NCBI GenBank assembly: GCA_035716045.1 | Contig: DASTKI010000057.1 | Location: 12,677 to 76,676, forward strand | Length of the DNA: 64,000 nt | Reading direction: 5' to 3' | DNA from: Ktedonobacterales bacterium | GTDB lineage: Bacteria > Chloroflexota > Ktedonobacteria > Ktedonobacterales > JADMIN01 | Shown: piece by piece, positions 55,103-63,886 of the stretch | How the letters are laid out: the number at the start of each line of letters is the position of its first letter | Numbering within the stretch: position 1 is the stretch's first letter | Notes under the pieces: generated by a model | Told to the model about the DNA's origin: nothing | Seen by the model: the letters and a program-made list of their open reading frames with translations, nothing else | Databases searched by the model: none | Made by a program: the position numbers and the translations under genes

Positions 55103-56350
55103 GTGGCGGGAACGCGCGTGGTGAGCGTCACCTATGACTATTATCCGTTTGATGTCCGCGTGCGGCGGCTGGCGGAAGCGGCGGTGGACGCTGGCCACGA
55201 GATGGATGTAATCTGTATCCGGCAGGAGGGCGAGGCCGCCCACGAGACGTACAACGGCGTGACTATCCATCGTCTGCCGATTACGCGCGGGTTTGGCCAG
55301 TCGCTGCCGATGACCGCGCTGAATTGGCTGTGGTTCACCCTGTTGGCGGGGATCTATCTGGCCTGGCTGACGCCACGCCGCCGCTATCAGGTCATCCATG
55401 CCCACAACATGCCTGATTTTGTGGTCTTCTCGGCGCTCATCCCGAAGCTGTTTGGCGCGCGCGTGATCCTGGATGTGCAGGACGTCAGCCCGGAGCTGTT
55501 GACCGCCAAGGCGGGTGGGCATGAGCGGAAGCTGACGCGGCGCATCGCCGAGCTTCAGGAGCGTCTCTCGACATCGTTCGCCGATATCGTCGTGACGGTG
55601 GGCTGGCCGTTCGAGCGCAAGCTGCTGGAGCGCGGGACGCCTCACGAGAAGCTGCGCATCATCATCAACAGCGCCGATCCCAAGATCTTTCCAGCGGAGA
55701 AGCGCTTTGTGGCTGATGAGGCGTTGCGGCCCGTGACGCCACCGCATGACGAGACCACGCCGTTCATCATCATGTATTGGGGCACACTCGCGCAGCGCAA
55801 CGGGTTGGCGACGGCGATCCGGGCGCTTGCGCTAGCGCGCCGTGAGGCGCCCGCGCTGCGGCTCGACATTATGGGGCGCGGCGAAGACGTACCGCGACTG
55901 CAAGCGCTGGCCGAAGCGGAAGGCGTCGTGGACGCGGTGAGTTTCACCGGCCCGGCTCCGGCTGAGCGTATCGTGGATTTCATCGTCCATGGCGATGTTG
56001 GGGTCATTCCCTATACGGTGGATGGTTTCGCCGATCTGGTGCTGCCAACCAAGGCATACGAGCTGGCATGGCTGGGGCGGCCGATCATCGCGTCGGACAC
56101 GCCCGCTATTCGCTCGATGTTTCGCCCGGAGTCCATCATGCTCTGCCAGCCTGACCGGCCGGAAGAGTTCGCGCGGGCGTTCGTAGACCTGTACCACCAC
56201 CCTGAGAAGCGACGGGCGATGGTCGCTAACGCGCAAGAAGACTACGAGCCGTACCGCTGGGAGACGATGGCGCGGCAGTATGCCAGCCTGCTGACGTGGC
56301 TGGCGTCGGCGCCGCGCGCGGCGCTGCGGGTGCGGCCAGAAGCGGCATGA
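55103..56350 (+). CDS. Glycosyltransferase family 4
   Basis: GT-B fold pattern (IIMYWGTLAQRNG, DVGVIPY, KAYELAWLGRPIIASD). GTG start. Confidence 0.8.
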   Translation: MAGTRVVSVTYDYYPFDVRVRRLAEAAVDAGHEMDVICIRQEGEAAHETYNGVTIHRLPITRGFGQSLPMTALNWLWFTLLAGIYLAWLTPRRRYQVIHAHNMPDFVVFSALIPKLFGARVILDVQDVSPELLTAKAGGHERKLTRRIAELQERLSTSFADIVVTVGWPFERKLLERGTPHEKLRIIINSADPKIFPAEKRFVADEALRPVTPPHDETTPFIIMYWGTLAQRNGLATAIRALALARREAPALRLDIMGRGEDVPRLQALAEAEGVVDAVSFTGPAPAERIVDFIVHGDVGVIPYTVDGFADLVLPTKAYELAWLGRPIIASDTPAIRSMFRPESIMLCQPDRPEEFARAFVDLYHHPEKRRAMVANAQEDYEPYRWETMARQYASLLTWLASAPRAALRVRPEAA

Positions 56351-56380
56351 CCGCGCCGCGGCGATAGCGGCGATAGCGGC

Positions 56381-56418
56381 GAGCCCGCCCGGCGATCTCG
56401 TATCGCCTGGGCGGGCTC
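56381..56418. terminator. Strong bidirectional stem-loop between convergent genes
   Basis: gagcccgcccggcgat / atcgcc-t-gggcgggctc gives about 16 paired positions around a 5-nt loop. It is preceded by the tandem ggcgatagc x2. Confidence 0.7.
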
Positions 56419-56469
56419 TATCGGTCTCGTGTGTGTCTGATGCTTGTCTGGCGCGGACGCGGGCATGCG

Positions 56470-57189
56470 CTACGCGCCGCCACGTATGGCTGCTGGGGCG
56501 GTGATCGCGATCAGCTTCAGGTCCTGCCAGACCGAGCGCTGTTCCAGATACTCGATATCCATCTCCACCATTCGGTCGAATGTGACCCTGTTGCGCCCGT
56601 AGACTTGCCAGGGGCCGGTGATGCCGGGCTTACCCTTCAGGCGCTCCATCGCGCGCGGGCTGTAGTATTGAAGCTCATAGGGGATTGGAGGACGCGGCCC
56701 AACCATGGACATCTGGCCCATCAGGACATTCCAGAGCTGCGGCAGCTCGTCTATGCTCGTCTTGCGAATGATCTGGCCAACGCGGGTGATGCGGCTGTCG
56801 CCCTTCAGTTTATAGGGTGAGCCAGCGTCGCCATCTTCGTTCAGCTTGCCGCCCGCCATGTAGACTTTGATGGCATCCTGGTGTTTCCTGACGCTCACAT
56901 TGTGGCGCATCGAGCGGAACTTGAGCATGTCGAACTCGACGCCGTCTTCGCCAACGCGGCGCTGGCGGAAGAAGACCGGCCCCGGCGTGTTCAGCGACAC
57001 GGCCAGGGCGGTGAGCAGTATCACGGGGCTCAGCGTCACGAGGAGCGCTGCGGAGACGACGACATCCAAAACGCGCTTCCAGAAGAAGTATCGCGACTCC
57101 AGGGATTCCAGTGACGCGACTGAAGCAACCGCGATCGCGTCAAATGCTCCGTCTGCGGAGCCAGGTGTGACTGGCGCACGGACTGCCAT
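56470..57189 (-). CDS. Polyprenyl-phosphate glycosyl-1-phosphate transferase (small bacterial sugar transferase, priming enzyme)
   Basis: [67 protein letters not shown] and DIEYL motifs. Confidence 0.9.
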   Translation of the reverse strand: MAVRAPVTPGSADGAFDAIAVASVASLESLESRYFFWKRVLDVVVSAALLVTLSPVILLTALAVSLNTPGPVFFRQRRVGEDGVEFDMLKFRSMRHNVSVRKHQDAIKVYMAGGKLNEDGDAGSPYKLKGDSRITRVGQIIRKTSIDELPQLWNVLMGQMSMVGPRPPIPYELQYYSPRAMERLKGKPGITGPWQVYGRNRVTFDRMVEMDIEYLEQRSVWQDLKLIAITAPAAIRGGA

Positions 57190-57667
57190 GTTAGGATACG
57201 CCTCCCCCTCATCACCCCCCGCTTAATCGGGAGCGCACGGCCTCGAACCTATTGGCACATGGTACAGGCCGCCAATTGCGACCGCGTTGAGGCGGACGTT
57301 GTGTTTCTGGTAGAGAGCGGGTCAGCAGGGTTAGAAAAAGCCATACCCACGTGGAGCCGCATGGAGGCTGGATTCTCGCCGCTCGCTTCACGTTGGAGTT
57401 TCTACACCTCGCGAAGGCGAATGCGCCGCTTCTGCACAGGCGGCGCCACAGGCAGAGCACGACTGGCTGATACGCTTGATGGCGTATACCGCCCTTGCGT
57501 TTTGGGGCGGGCGCAGCTATAGCGCGCGTCTGGCCAGTCGCGATCAAGAGCTGGTGGAGCTAGCGCTCTTTATAAAGAGCAGTGGTCGTTGGGCGGCTGG
57601 GATAGTGGAACGTCTGGGACGAGGCGCTCCAGCGCGAGTGGTAGCAGTAATAGACAGAGGGAGCAAC

Positions 57668-58798
57668 ATGGCGCCCATTCCACTTCTTGACCTCCACGCG
57701 CAGTTCCAGAACCACCGTCAGGAATACCTCGACGCGATCGCTCGGGTGCTCGACGGCATGACACTGTTTCTGGGGCCCGAGCAGGCGGCCTTCGAGCGTG
57801 AGTTCGCCGCGTATTGCGAGGCGGAGCACGGGGTGAGCGTGTCCAACGGAACCGACGCGCTCAATCTGGCGTTGCGCGCGGTCGGTGTCGGGCAGGGAGA
57901 CGAGGTTATCACCGTCTCCAACACCTTTATCGCGACGGTGGAGGCGATCAGCCTGGTGGGCGCGCGCCCAGTGTTCGTAGATGTGGACCCTGAAACCTAC
58001 ACGATGGACTGGCGCCAGCTGGAGCAGGCGATGACGCCGCGCACGCGCGCCATCCTGCCGGTGCATCTGTTCGGCCATCCGGCGGATATGGATCCCATTC
58101 TGGCCTTCGCGCGCGAGCATGGCTTGGCCGTGATCGAGGACGCCTCGCAGGCGCATGGCGCGACCTATAAGGGCAGGAAGGTCGGTTCGCTGGGCGACAT
58201 CGGCTGCTTCAGCCTGTATTACAGCAAGAATCTGGGCGCATACGGCGAGGCGGGTATCTGCGTCACCAATAGCGCCGACCAGGCCAGCGCGATGCGTGTC
58301 TTCCGCGACCATGGCTCGCGCAAACGCTACTACCACGAGATCATCGGCACAAACGCCCGTATGGACGAGATTCAGGCGGCCATACTCCGCGTCAAGCTGC
58401 CGCATCTCGATGATTGGAACGCGCTGCGCAACGCGCACGCTTCCGCCTATACCGAGGCGCTGCGCCCGCTCGTGACGGCGACACCGCTGGTCGCGCCCTG
58501 GGCCGGCCACGCTTTCTATGTCTATGTCGTGCGCGTGCTGGAGCGCGATCGGGTGCGCGCGGAGCTCGAGGCGCAAGGAGTGCTGACGGGAGTGCACTAC
58601 CCCATTCCCTGCCATTTGCAGCCCGCCTGCGCTGAGTATGGCTATACCGCTGGCTCCCTGCCAGTGACAGAGGCCTACGCCGATCAGATTCTCTCGCTGC
58701 CGCTCTACCCGGAGCTGACCAGCGAGCAGATTCACACCGTCGTCGCGGCGGTGGAGCGCGCCTGCGCAGTCGCCGCCACGTCCGCCGCTGGCGCCTGA
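57668..58798 (+). CDS. DegT/DnrJ/EryC1/StrS family PLP aminotransferase (WbpE-like)
   Basis: PLLDLHAQF, NGTDALNLAL, EDASQAHGA and the PLP-Lys context FSLYYSKNLGAYGEAG. The ATG at 57668 has an AGAGGGAG RBS. Confidence 0.88.
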   Translation: MAPIPLLDLHAQFQNHRQEYLDAIARVLDGMTLFLGPEQAAFEREFAAYCEAEHGVSVSNGTDALNLALRAVGVGQGDEVITVSNTFIATVEAISLVGARPVFVDVDPETYTMDWRQLEQAMTPRTRAILPVHLFGHPADMDPILAFAREHGLAVIEDASQAHGATYKGRKVGSLGDIGCFSLYYSKNLGAYGEAGICVTNSADQASAMRVFRDHGSRKRYYHEIIGTNARMDEIQAAILRVKLPHLDDWNALRNAHASAYTEALRPLVTATPLVAPWAGHAFYVYVVRVLERDRVRAELEAQGVLTGVHYPIPCHLQPACAEYGYTAGSLPVTEAYADQILSLPLYPELTSEQIHTVVAAVERACAVAATSAAGA

Positions 58799-58871
58799 GC
58801 GCGCCTGCAAGGTCGGACCATCATCAGTCAGTCGTCGTTATCGCGCCATGCGCTTGCGGAGGAGGTGTGAC

Positions 58872-59915
58872 ATGGAGACCGAGCTGCGCTTTGGAGTGAT
58901 CGGATGGGGATATTGGGGCCCCAAGATCGCTCGCAATCTGGAGGGGCTGCCGCGCGCGGCGGTGACGTTCGTCGCGGATATGGATCCGAATCGCGTCGCA
59001 GGGGTATCGTTGGGCCATCCAGGGCTGCGGCTGAGCGTTGACCCTGCCGAGGCGCTGGCCGCCGATGTGGACGCGGTAGTGATCGCGACGCCGGTGCGCA
59101 CGCACTATTCGCTGGCAAAGCAAGCGTTGCTTGCGGGCAAGCACGTGATGGTGGAGAAGCCACTTACCGACAACCTGGCTCAGGCGGAGGAGCTGGCCGA
59201 CCTGGCGGAGCGGATGGGCCTGACGCTGATGGTCGGGCACACCTTTGAATACAGCCCGGCGGTCAATGAGGTGCGCTCACTGGTGCGCGACGGCGAGCTG
59301 GGCCGCATCTATTGTATCGAGATGGAGCGCCTCAATCTGGGCTTGTTCCGCAACGATACCGATGTAATCTGGGATTTGGCGCCACACGATGTCTCCATCC
59401 TGAATTACGCGCTGGGCGAGGAGCCTGTCTGTGTGCGGGTCTCGGCGCACAGCCACCTGCGCTCGGCGATTCCCGACAATGCGCACCTCGACCTGCGCTA
59501 CGCCTCAGGCGCGACGGCTCACATCCATGTCAGCTGGATGCACCCGACGAAAGTGCGACGCGTGACGCTGGTCGGCGATAAGCGCATGGCCGTTTACGAT
59601 GATACCAATCCAGCGGAGATGGTGCGCATTTTCAACAGTGGCGCCGATGTCAGCGCGGATCCAGTCGTGTCGCTTCGGTACGGGGCGATCACTATCCCTC
59701 ATATCGAGTGGGTAGAGCCGTTGCGGTTGGAGTGCGAGGATTTCGCGAATGCGATCCGGCTGGGAACGCAACCACGCGCCAGCGCCCGGGTTGGGGCGGC
59801 AGTGGTCCGCATTCTCGCGGGAGCGCAAGAGTCGATACGCCACAACGGCGCATGGATTGCGCTGGAGCGTTCGATCGCGGCGGCTGGCGCGTTGCAGGCG
59901 ATGGGCGCTCAATGA
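58872..59915 (+). CDS. Gfo/Idh/MocA family NAD-dependent sugar dehydrogenase (WbpB-like)
   Basis: RFGVIGWGYWGPK Rossmann start, EKPL motif (VMVEKPLT), and conserved context between the aminotransferase and the acetyltransferase. Confidence 0.85.
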   Translation: METELRFGVIGWGYWGPKIARNLEGLPRAAVTFVADMDPNRVAGVSLGHPGLRLSVDPAEALAADVDAVVIATPVRTHYSLAKQALLAGKHVMVEKPLTDNLAQAEELADLAERMGLTLMVGHTFEYSPAVNEVRSLVRDGELGRIYCIEMERLNLGLFRNDTDVIWDLAPHDVSILNYALGEEPVCVRVSAHSHLRSAIPDNAHLDLRYASGATAHIHVSWMHPTKVRRVTLVGDKRMAVYDDTNPAEMVRIFNSGADVSADPVVSLRYGAITIPHIEWVEPLRLECEDFANAIRLGTQPRASARVGAAVVRILAGAQESIRHNGAWIALERSIAAAGALQAMGAQ

Positions 59916-60583
59916 ACGTCCGAGCGCGGATTTGTCAACATGGGCGAGATGACTCTAGTCCTGGGGATGACAGCCGGGGGAACGACGACGTGAACATCGG
60001 AGCGCCTGTCATTCATCCTACTGCGGGGATCTCCGAGCAGGCTGAGATTGGCATTGGGACGCGCATCTGGGCCTACGCGCAGGTCCGAGAATACGCGGTG
60101 ATCGGAGATCACTGCAACATCGGCAGAGGCGTGTATATTGACGCGCACGTGCTGGTTGGCTCGAACGTCAAGATACAGAATTATGTCTCGGTCTTCGAGG
60201 GCGTGACGATTGCGGATGGTGTGTTCATCGGGCCGCATGTCTGCTTCACGAATGACTTGTTTCCTCGCGCCATCAATCTGGACGGTACGCTCAAAGGTCA
60301 ACAGGACTGGCAGATCACGCCGACGATAGTCGAATACGGCGCCTCGATCGGGGCAGGCGCGGTCGTGCGCTGCGGCGTGACGATTGGCAGGTTCGCTCTC
60401 ATTGGGGCGGGCTCAGTCGTGACGCGCGACGTTGTGGCGCATTCGCTCGTCGTCGGCTCGCCTGCGCGCCACAAAGGCTATGTTTGCCGTTGCGCCTACC
60501 TGCTGGAGCGCGTGCACGAGGAAGACGGACGGCTGGTAGGCTATTGTCCACGCTGCGACTTGATACGCGACATCACCCCATGA
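59912..60583 (+). CDS. Hexapeptide-repeat N-acetyltransferase (WbpD/WlbB-like)
   Basis: LbH repeats (IGIGTRIWAYAQVREYAVIGDHCNIGRGVYIDAHVLVGSNVKIQNYVSVFEGVTIADGVFIGPHV). ATG 59912 overlaps the upstream stop (ATGA). The alternative GTG ~59990 cannot be excluded. Confidence 0.8.
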   Translation: MNVRARICQHGRDDSSPGDDSRGNDDVNIGAPVIHPTAGISEQAEIGIGTRIWAYAQVREYAVIGDHCNIGRGVYIDAHVLVGSNVKIQNYVSVFEGVTIADGVFIGPHVCFTNDLFPRAINLDGTLKGQQDWQITPTIVEYGASIGAGAVVRCGVTIGRFALIGAGSVVTRDVVAHSLVVGSPARHKGYVCRCAYLLERVHEEDGRLVGYCPRCDLIRDITP

Positions 60584-60877
60584 GCGCGAAATCGCGTGCG
60601 CGTGAGCGAAGGACCGCCATCAACGCGCAGCGCGCAACGTGAGGCATCTGGCGCGATTCTCCCTGACCCGGCCGACGCCGGGTCTTTTTCGTCCTGGGAG
60701 GGACGCCGGCAGCCAGAGAGGGACGGCTGGCCGCGCGCCCACTTCCAGGGCCAGTTATCTGGCGGCATGAGAAGCCGTCGCTTTGGAGTCGGACGCGGCT
60801 GACGATGTGGTGGGGAATTCTGTGAATGTGACGACGCCTATTGCGACGCGTTTTTACGCCACTTGTGCACAAAACGC

Positions 60878-60906
60878 TTGACGTGACCCAAACTGGCTGG
60901 TAGTAT
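60878..60906 (+). promoter_or_regulatory. Sigma70-type promoter candidate
   Basis: -35 TTGACG (60878-60883), exact 17-nt spacer, -10 TAGTAT (60901-60906). It lies in a locally AT-richer stretch about 240 nt upstream of the GTG at 61144. Confidence 0.6.
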
Positions 60907-61143
60907 CTACCTATATTGCGGCGGCCAACCGGCGTGGTAGCGATTCAACCCCTTTATTCAAAGGTTGGCGTCCGCGATACTGCGCTCCCGCTTCTTGTGA
61001 CTCTGGCGCGCATCGAAGCGCGCCTACCCCCGCGCTCCTTCGCAATACGTGATCGTCACCACCGGCGCGCTCGATCTGTCGCTGGTGGTCTGTTGGTGGG
61101 ATCGACGCATTAGGCGCGCTCCCTACCAAGGAGGCATCTCGCG

Positions 61144-62088
61144 GTGAAGCACAAAGCGCTTATTGGCACGCTGGCTGGCGCCGGCATCGTCGCCGCCGCC
61201 CTCGCCCTCGCTCTCGGCCCGCTCGCTCCAGCAGCGGCGGCGGCGAAGACAGATGGTATGGCCACCCATAACATGGGGATCAAGGGCGCTGCCAAGAACA
61301 TCAAGGCGGCGACGGCGCCGCTGACCTATGGCGGCGGCCCGGTCGAGACGACCCCTTCGGTCTACATCGTGTACTGGGGCTCGCAGTGGGTCAGCGGCTT
61401 CTCGACAGGTGGGTACACCAGCGCGCAGGCGCAGACGTATATGCAGGACTTCTTTGGCAACGTCGGCGGCAGCTCGTGGAACAACATTGACGCGCAGTAC
61501 TGTCAGGGTGTCGCGGTCGGCACGATCAACTGCGGCTCCTCGGGCACACATATCACCAACTCCGTCGGCCAGCTCAAGGGCGTCTGGACTGATGGCTCGA
61601 ACTTGCCGAAGCGCATCACTCAGTCCGGCATCGCCAGCGAGGCGGCGAAGGCGGTCTCGCACTTTGGCTTCGATCCCAACGCGACCTACATGGTCTTCAC
61701 GCCCTCTGGTCACTCGATGAGCGGCTTCAAGACCCAGTGGTGCGCGTGGCACTCCTCGACAAGCTCGGGCGGCAACACCATCGCCTACGGCTACATCCCC
61801 TATATCCCCGACGCGGCGGGCAACTGCGGCATGAACTTCGTCAATAGCACGAACAACTCCTACGGCAACGGCTACTTTGACGGCTTCTCGATCGTGGGCG
61901 GCCATGAGTACGCCGAGGCGCAGACCGATCCGCATCCGTCGTCTGGCTGGGTAGACAGCTCGGGCGCTGAGAATGGTGACAAGTGCGCCTGGAGCTCGCT
62001 GTCGACCAACATCACGCTGGGCAGCCACTTCTACGCCGTGCAGCCGATCTGGAGCAACGCCACTGGCGGCTGCGCGACAGCGGCCTAA
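61144..62088 (+). CDS. Secreted protein of unknown function (possibly distantly Phi_1/EXORDIUM-like)
   Basis: GTG start behind an AAGGAGG RBS and a signal peptide (MKHKALIGTLAGAGIVAAALALALGPLAPAAAAA). LTYGGGPVETTPSVYIVYWGSQW and GGHEYAEAQTDP motifs, with several Cys pairs. Confidence 0.7.
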   Translation: MKHKALIGTLAGAGIVAAALALALGPLAPAAAAAKTDGMATHNMGIKGAAKNIKAATAPLTYGGGPVETTPSVYIVYWGSQWVSGFSTGGYTSAQAQTYMQDFFGNVGGSSWNNIDAQYCQGVAVGTINCGSSGTHITNSVGQLKGVWTDGSNLPKRITQSGIASEAAKAVSHFGFDPNATYMVFTPSGHSMSGFKTQWCAWHSSTSSGGNTIAYGYIPYIPDAAGNCGMNFVNSTNNSYGNGYFDGFSIVGGHEYAEAQTDPHPSSGWVDSSGAENGDKCAWSSLSTNITLGSHFYAVQPIWSNATGGCATAA

Positions 62089-62133
62089 CTCGCTAATACA
62101 GCGCGCGCAATCTGATTTTCGCACGGGAGCGCA

Positions 62134-62163
62134 GCGGGGTGGGGCATTATTGCCCCACCCCGC
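62134..62163 (+). terminator. Intrinsic terminator
   Basis: gcggggtggggca (62134-62146), ttat loop, tgccccaccccgc (62151-62163), followed by ttcttgattg. It lies 46 nt after the stop. Confidence 0.85.
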
Positions 62164-62276
62164 TTCTTGATTGCGCTCGACGGGCGTACATGAGCTGCCA
62201 TCCCCGCCCTTGCGCACCTGATGACGAGGGCGCGACAGGTGGAATCGACGCATCCTACTGATCTCGACGCCGTGAC

Positions 62277-63295
62277 CTAAACCGAGTAACCGCAGCGAGT
62301 TGAGCAGCTGCGGATTATGTGGCGTTTGTGGCGCAGGCGCTCCTTGGCCCGGCGCAGTTCCACGCGCAACTCAGCCAGGTCGGCGCAGCAGCGGTTCTTG
62401 AGCTCCACCCGTTTCAGGTAGTTCCAGATCCCCTCGACCGGGTTCAAGTCCGGTGCGTACCCTGGCAACCGCTCCAGGCGCAGCCAGTTGGCTGCCCCAC
62501 GCGCCAAATAGTCCTGGATCGGCTGGCCCTTGTGGATCGGCGACCCATCCCAGATCACCATCACCTTGCCGCGGATCTTGCGCAGCAACACCTGCAAGAA
62601 GCCCACGACCCCCGCGCCATCGAAGGCATCCTGGCGGACCCGCATGGCCAGACGCCCGTCGAGTGTGATTCCCCTGATGGCCGACAGATGATCGTGGGTG
62701 AGCTTTACGCGGAGCATCGGCGTCTCGCCTCGCGGCGCCCACGTCCGCTCGGCGTGCGGCAGCAGATAGAAGGCCGACTCGTCTACCCAGACGATCGTGT
62801 ACCGTGTACCCTTCCTCACTTGCCTTTGTTGATGGCTGGCCAGCGCTCTTCGCGCCAGCGGCGGATGACGGCTTAGTCGCGCTGCGTGGCCCGCTGGATG
62901 GGCCGCTGCACACTCCAGCCCGCTTGGCGCAGCAAACGGCTCACGTGATCGGGGTGGTAGCGAACGCCGAAGGTGCGCCAGATCACGTCCGCGATGCGCT
63001 TAGCCGTCCACACGTCGCCCCCAAAGCCATACGCCTCGGCGCCGCGGGCCAACAGGGCCGGGATCTGCGCCCGCTGCTCCGCCGTGAGCTTGCCGGGGCC
63101 GCTGGGGTGCGGTCGGCTGCGCAGCGCCTCGACCCCGCCTCCCCCACGGGCGCACCTGAGCTACTGGCAGACGGCGGCGCGGCTCACGCCCAACGCGGCG
63201 GCGATGTCCTTCTACCACCAGCCCTGTTCGTGCACCTGCCAGGCGCGCTGGCGCCGCCACTCGCCCGCGTCGGCAGGTCTCTTTGATGTGTTCAT
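62277..63295 (-). mobile_element. IS630-family insertion sequence transposase, decayed (three in-frame stops plus a -1 frame change)
   Basis: The DDE_3 domain ORF 62277..62819 reads YTIVWVDESAF...VMVIWDGSPIHK...LPGYAPDLNPVEGIWNYLK. The upstream HTH part from ATG 63295 carries TAG at 63212-63214, TAG at 63161-63163 and TAA at 62873-62875. It ends at TGA 62816-62818, one nucleotide out of frame with the DDE ORF. Terminal inverted repeats were not identified. Confidence 0.8.
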
Positions 63296-63439
63296 GCGTG
63301 CGTTTCCTAACTCTGAGGCCGGTGGGGGTCGGCCTCCTGGCGGCATACGTGTCGCTTGCCACCGCCAGTGCGCCTCCTTCACCGTGCTGCATCAACGCTC
63401 CTTGCTTCCGTCGCGGCCTACAGATACGCGTGGGCAGGT

Positions 63440-63886
63440 TCAGCCTTCGACGATCGTCTTCATCGCCTGGACGGCATGTTGGCTTTGTGCTTGAGATAGC
63501 CGCTGCAGGAGCGGTTCAAGCGGGCGCAGCCAAGGCACGAGGCGCATGCGATGTGCGAGCGTCACCTGTGTGCCGTCCGCGGTGGCGGCAAAACGCAGGC
63601 TGCCGAGCGAAGAGAGCAGAGGAAACGGCGCTGTGATCGTCTGGAAATCAACCCCGTCATTCACCTGGTAGTTCGTGACCTCCACGACCGAGGTAACGGC
63701 GCGGCCAAAGCGCATCAGGGTCTCTTCAAACCGCGTCCCGTCGCCAAATGGGCCAGTGGAGAGGAGTCTGACCTTCGCTCCCCTGACCCATAGCGCAATG
63801 TTGGAGAGGTCGGCCGCAAAACGAAACACCTCGCCGATCGGCCGGTGGATGACGATAGCAGCAGAGGTTTGGATCACGATGACCAT
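63440..63886 (-). CDS. SRPBCC (START/polyketide-cyclase-like) family protein
   Basis: About 148 aa with the pattern IVIHRPIGEVFRFAADLSNIALW...VEVTNY...TLAHRM, typical of SRPBCC ligand-binding proteins. The start is set at ATG 63886. Confidence 0.65.
   Translation of the reverse strand: MVIVIQTSAAIVIHRPIGEVFRFAADLSNIALWVRGAKVRLLSTGPFGDGTRFEETLMRFGRAVTSVVEVTNYQVNDGVDFQTITAPFPLLSSLGSLRFAATADGTQVTLAHRMRLVPWLRPLEPLLQRLSQAQSQHAVQAMKTIVEG

Noticed and set aside
56361-56380. Short tandem repeat ggcgatagc x2, considered as a possible CRISPR or minisatellite
   Set aside because: There are only two 9-nt units with no spacers. It lies adjacent to a terminator hairpin between convergent genes. No CRISPR-like repeat-spacer periodicity exists anywhere in the window.
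57560-58810. 416-aa minus-strand ORF opposite the DegT aminotransferase
   Set aside because: It is an antisense artefact. The plus strand has the PLP-lysine context and conserved DegT motifs.
61123-62253. 376-aa minus-strand ORF opposite the secreted protein gene
   Set aside because: It is Arg/Ala-rich antisense translation. The plus-strand ORF has an RBS, a signal peptide and a downstream intrinsic terminator.
46999-63214. Idea that the in-frame TAG codons (hydrolase at 46999-47001; IS630 at 63161-63163 and 63212-63214) reflect stop-codon recoding
   Set aside because: Many well-supported genes in this window terminate at normal positions, at least one of them at TAG (46340-46342). By comparison with typical family sequences, the internal TAGs replace different expected residues (Gln versus Trp in the IS). 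The IS also carries a TAA and a frame change. Pseudogenisation is the simpler explanation.
62255-63440. Attempt to define the IS630 terminal inverted repeats and TA target duplication
   Set aside because: I could not find convincing complementary termini by eye on either side of the transposase. The boundaries are left undefined rather than guessed.
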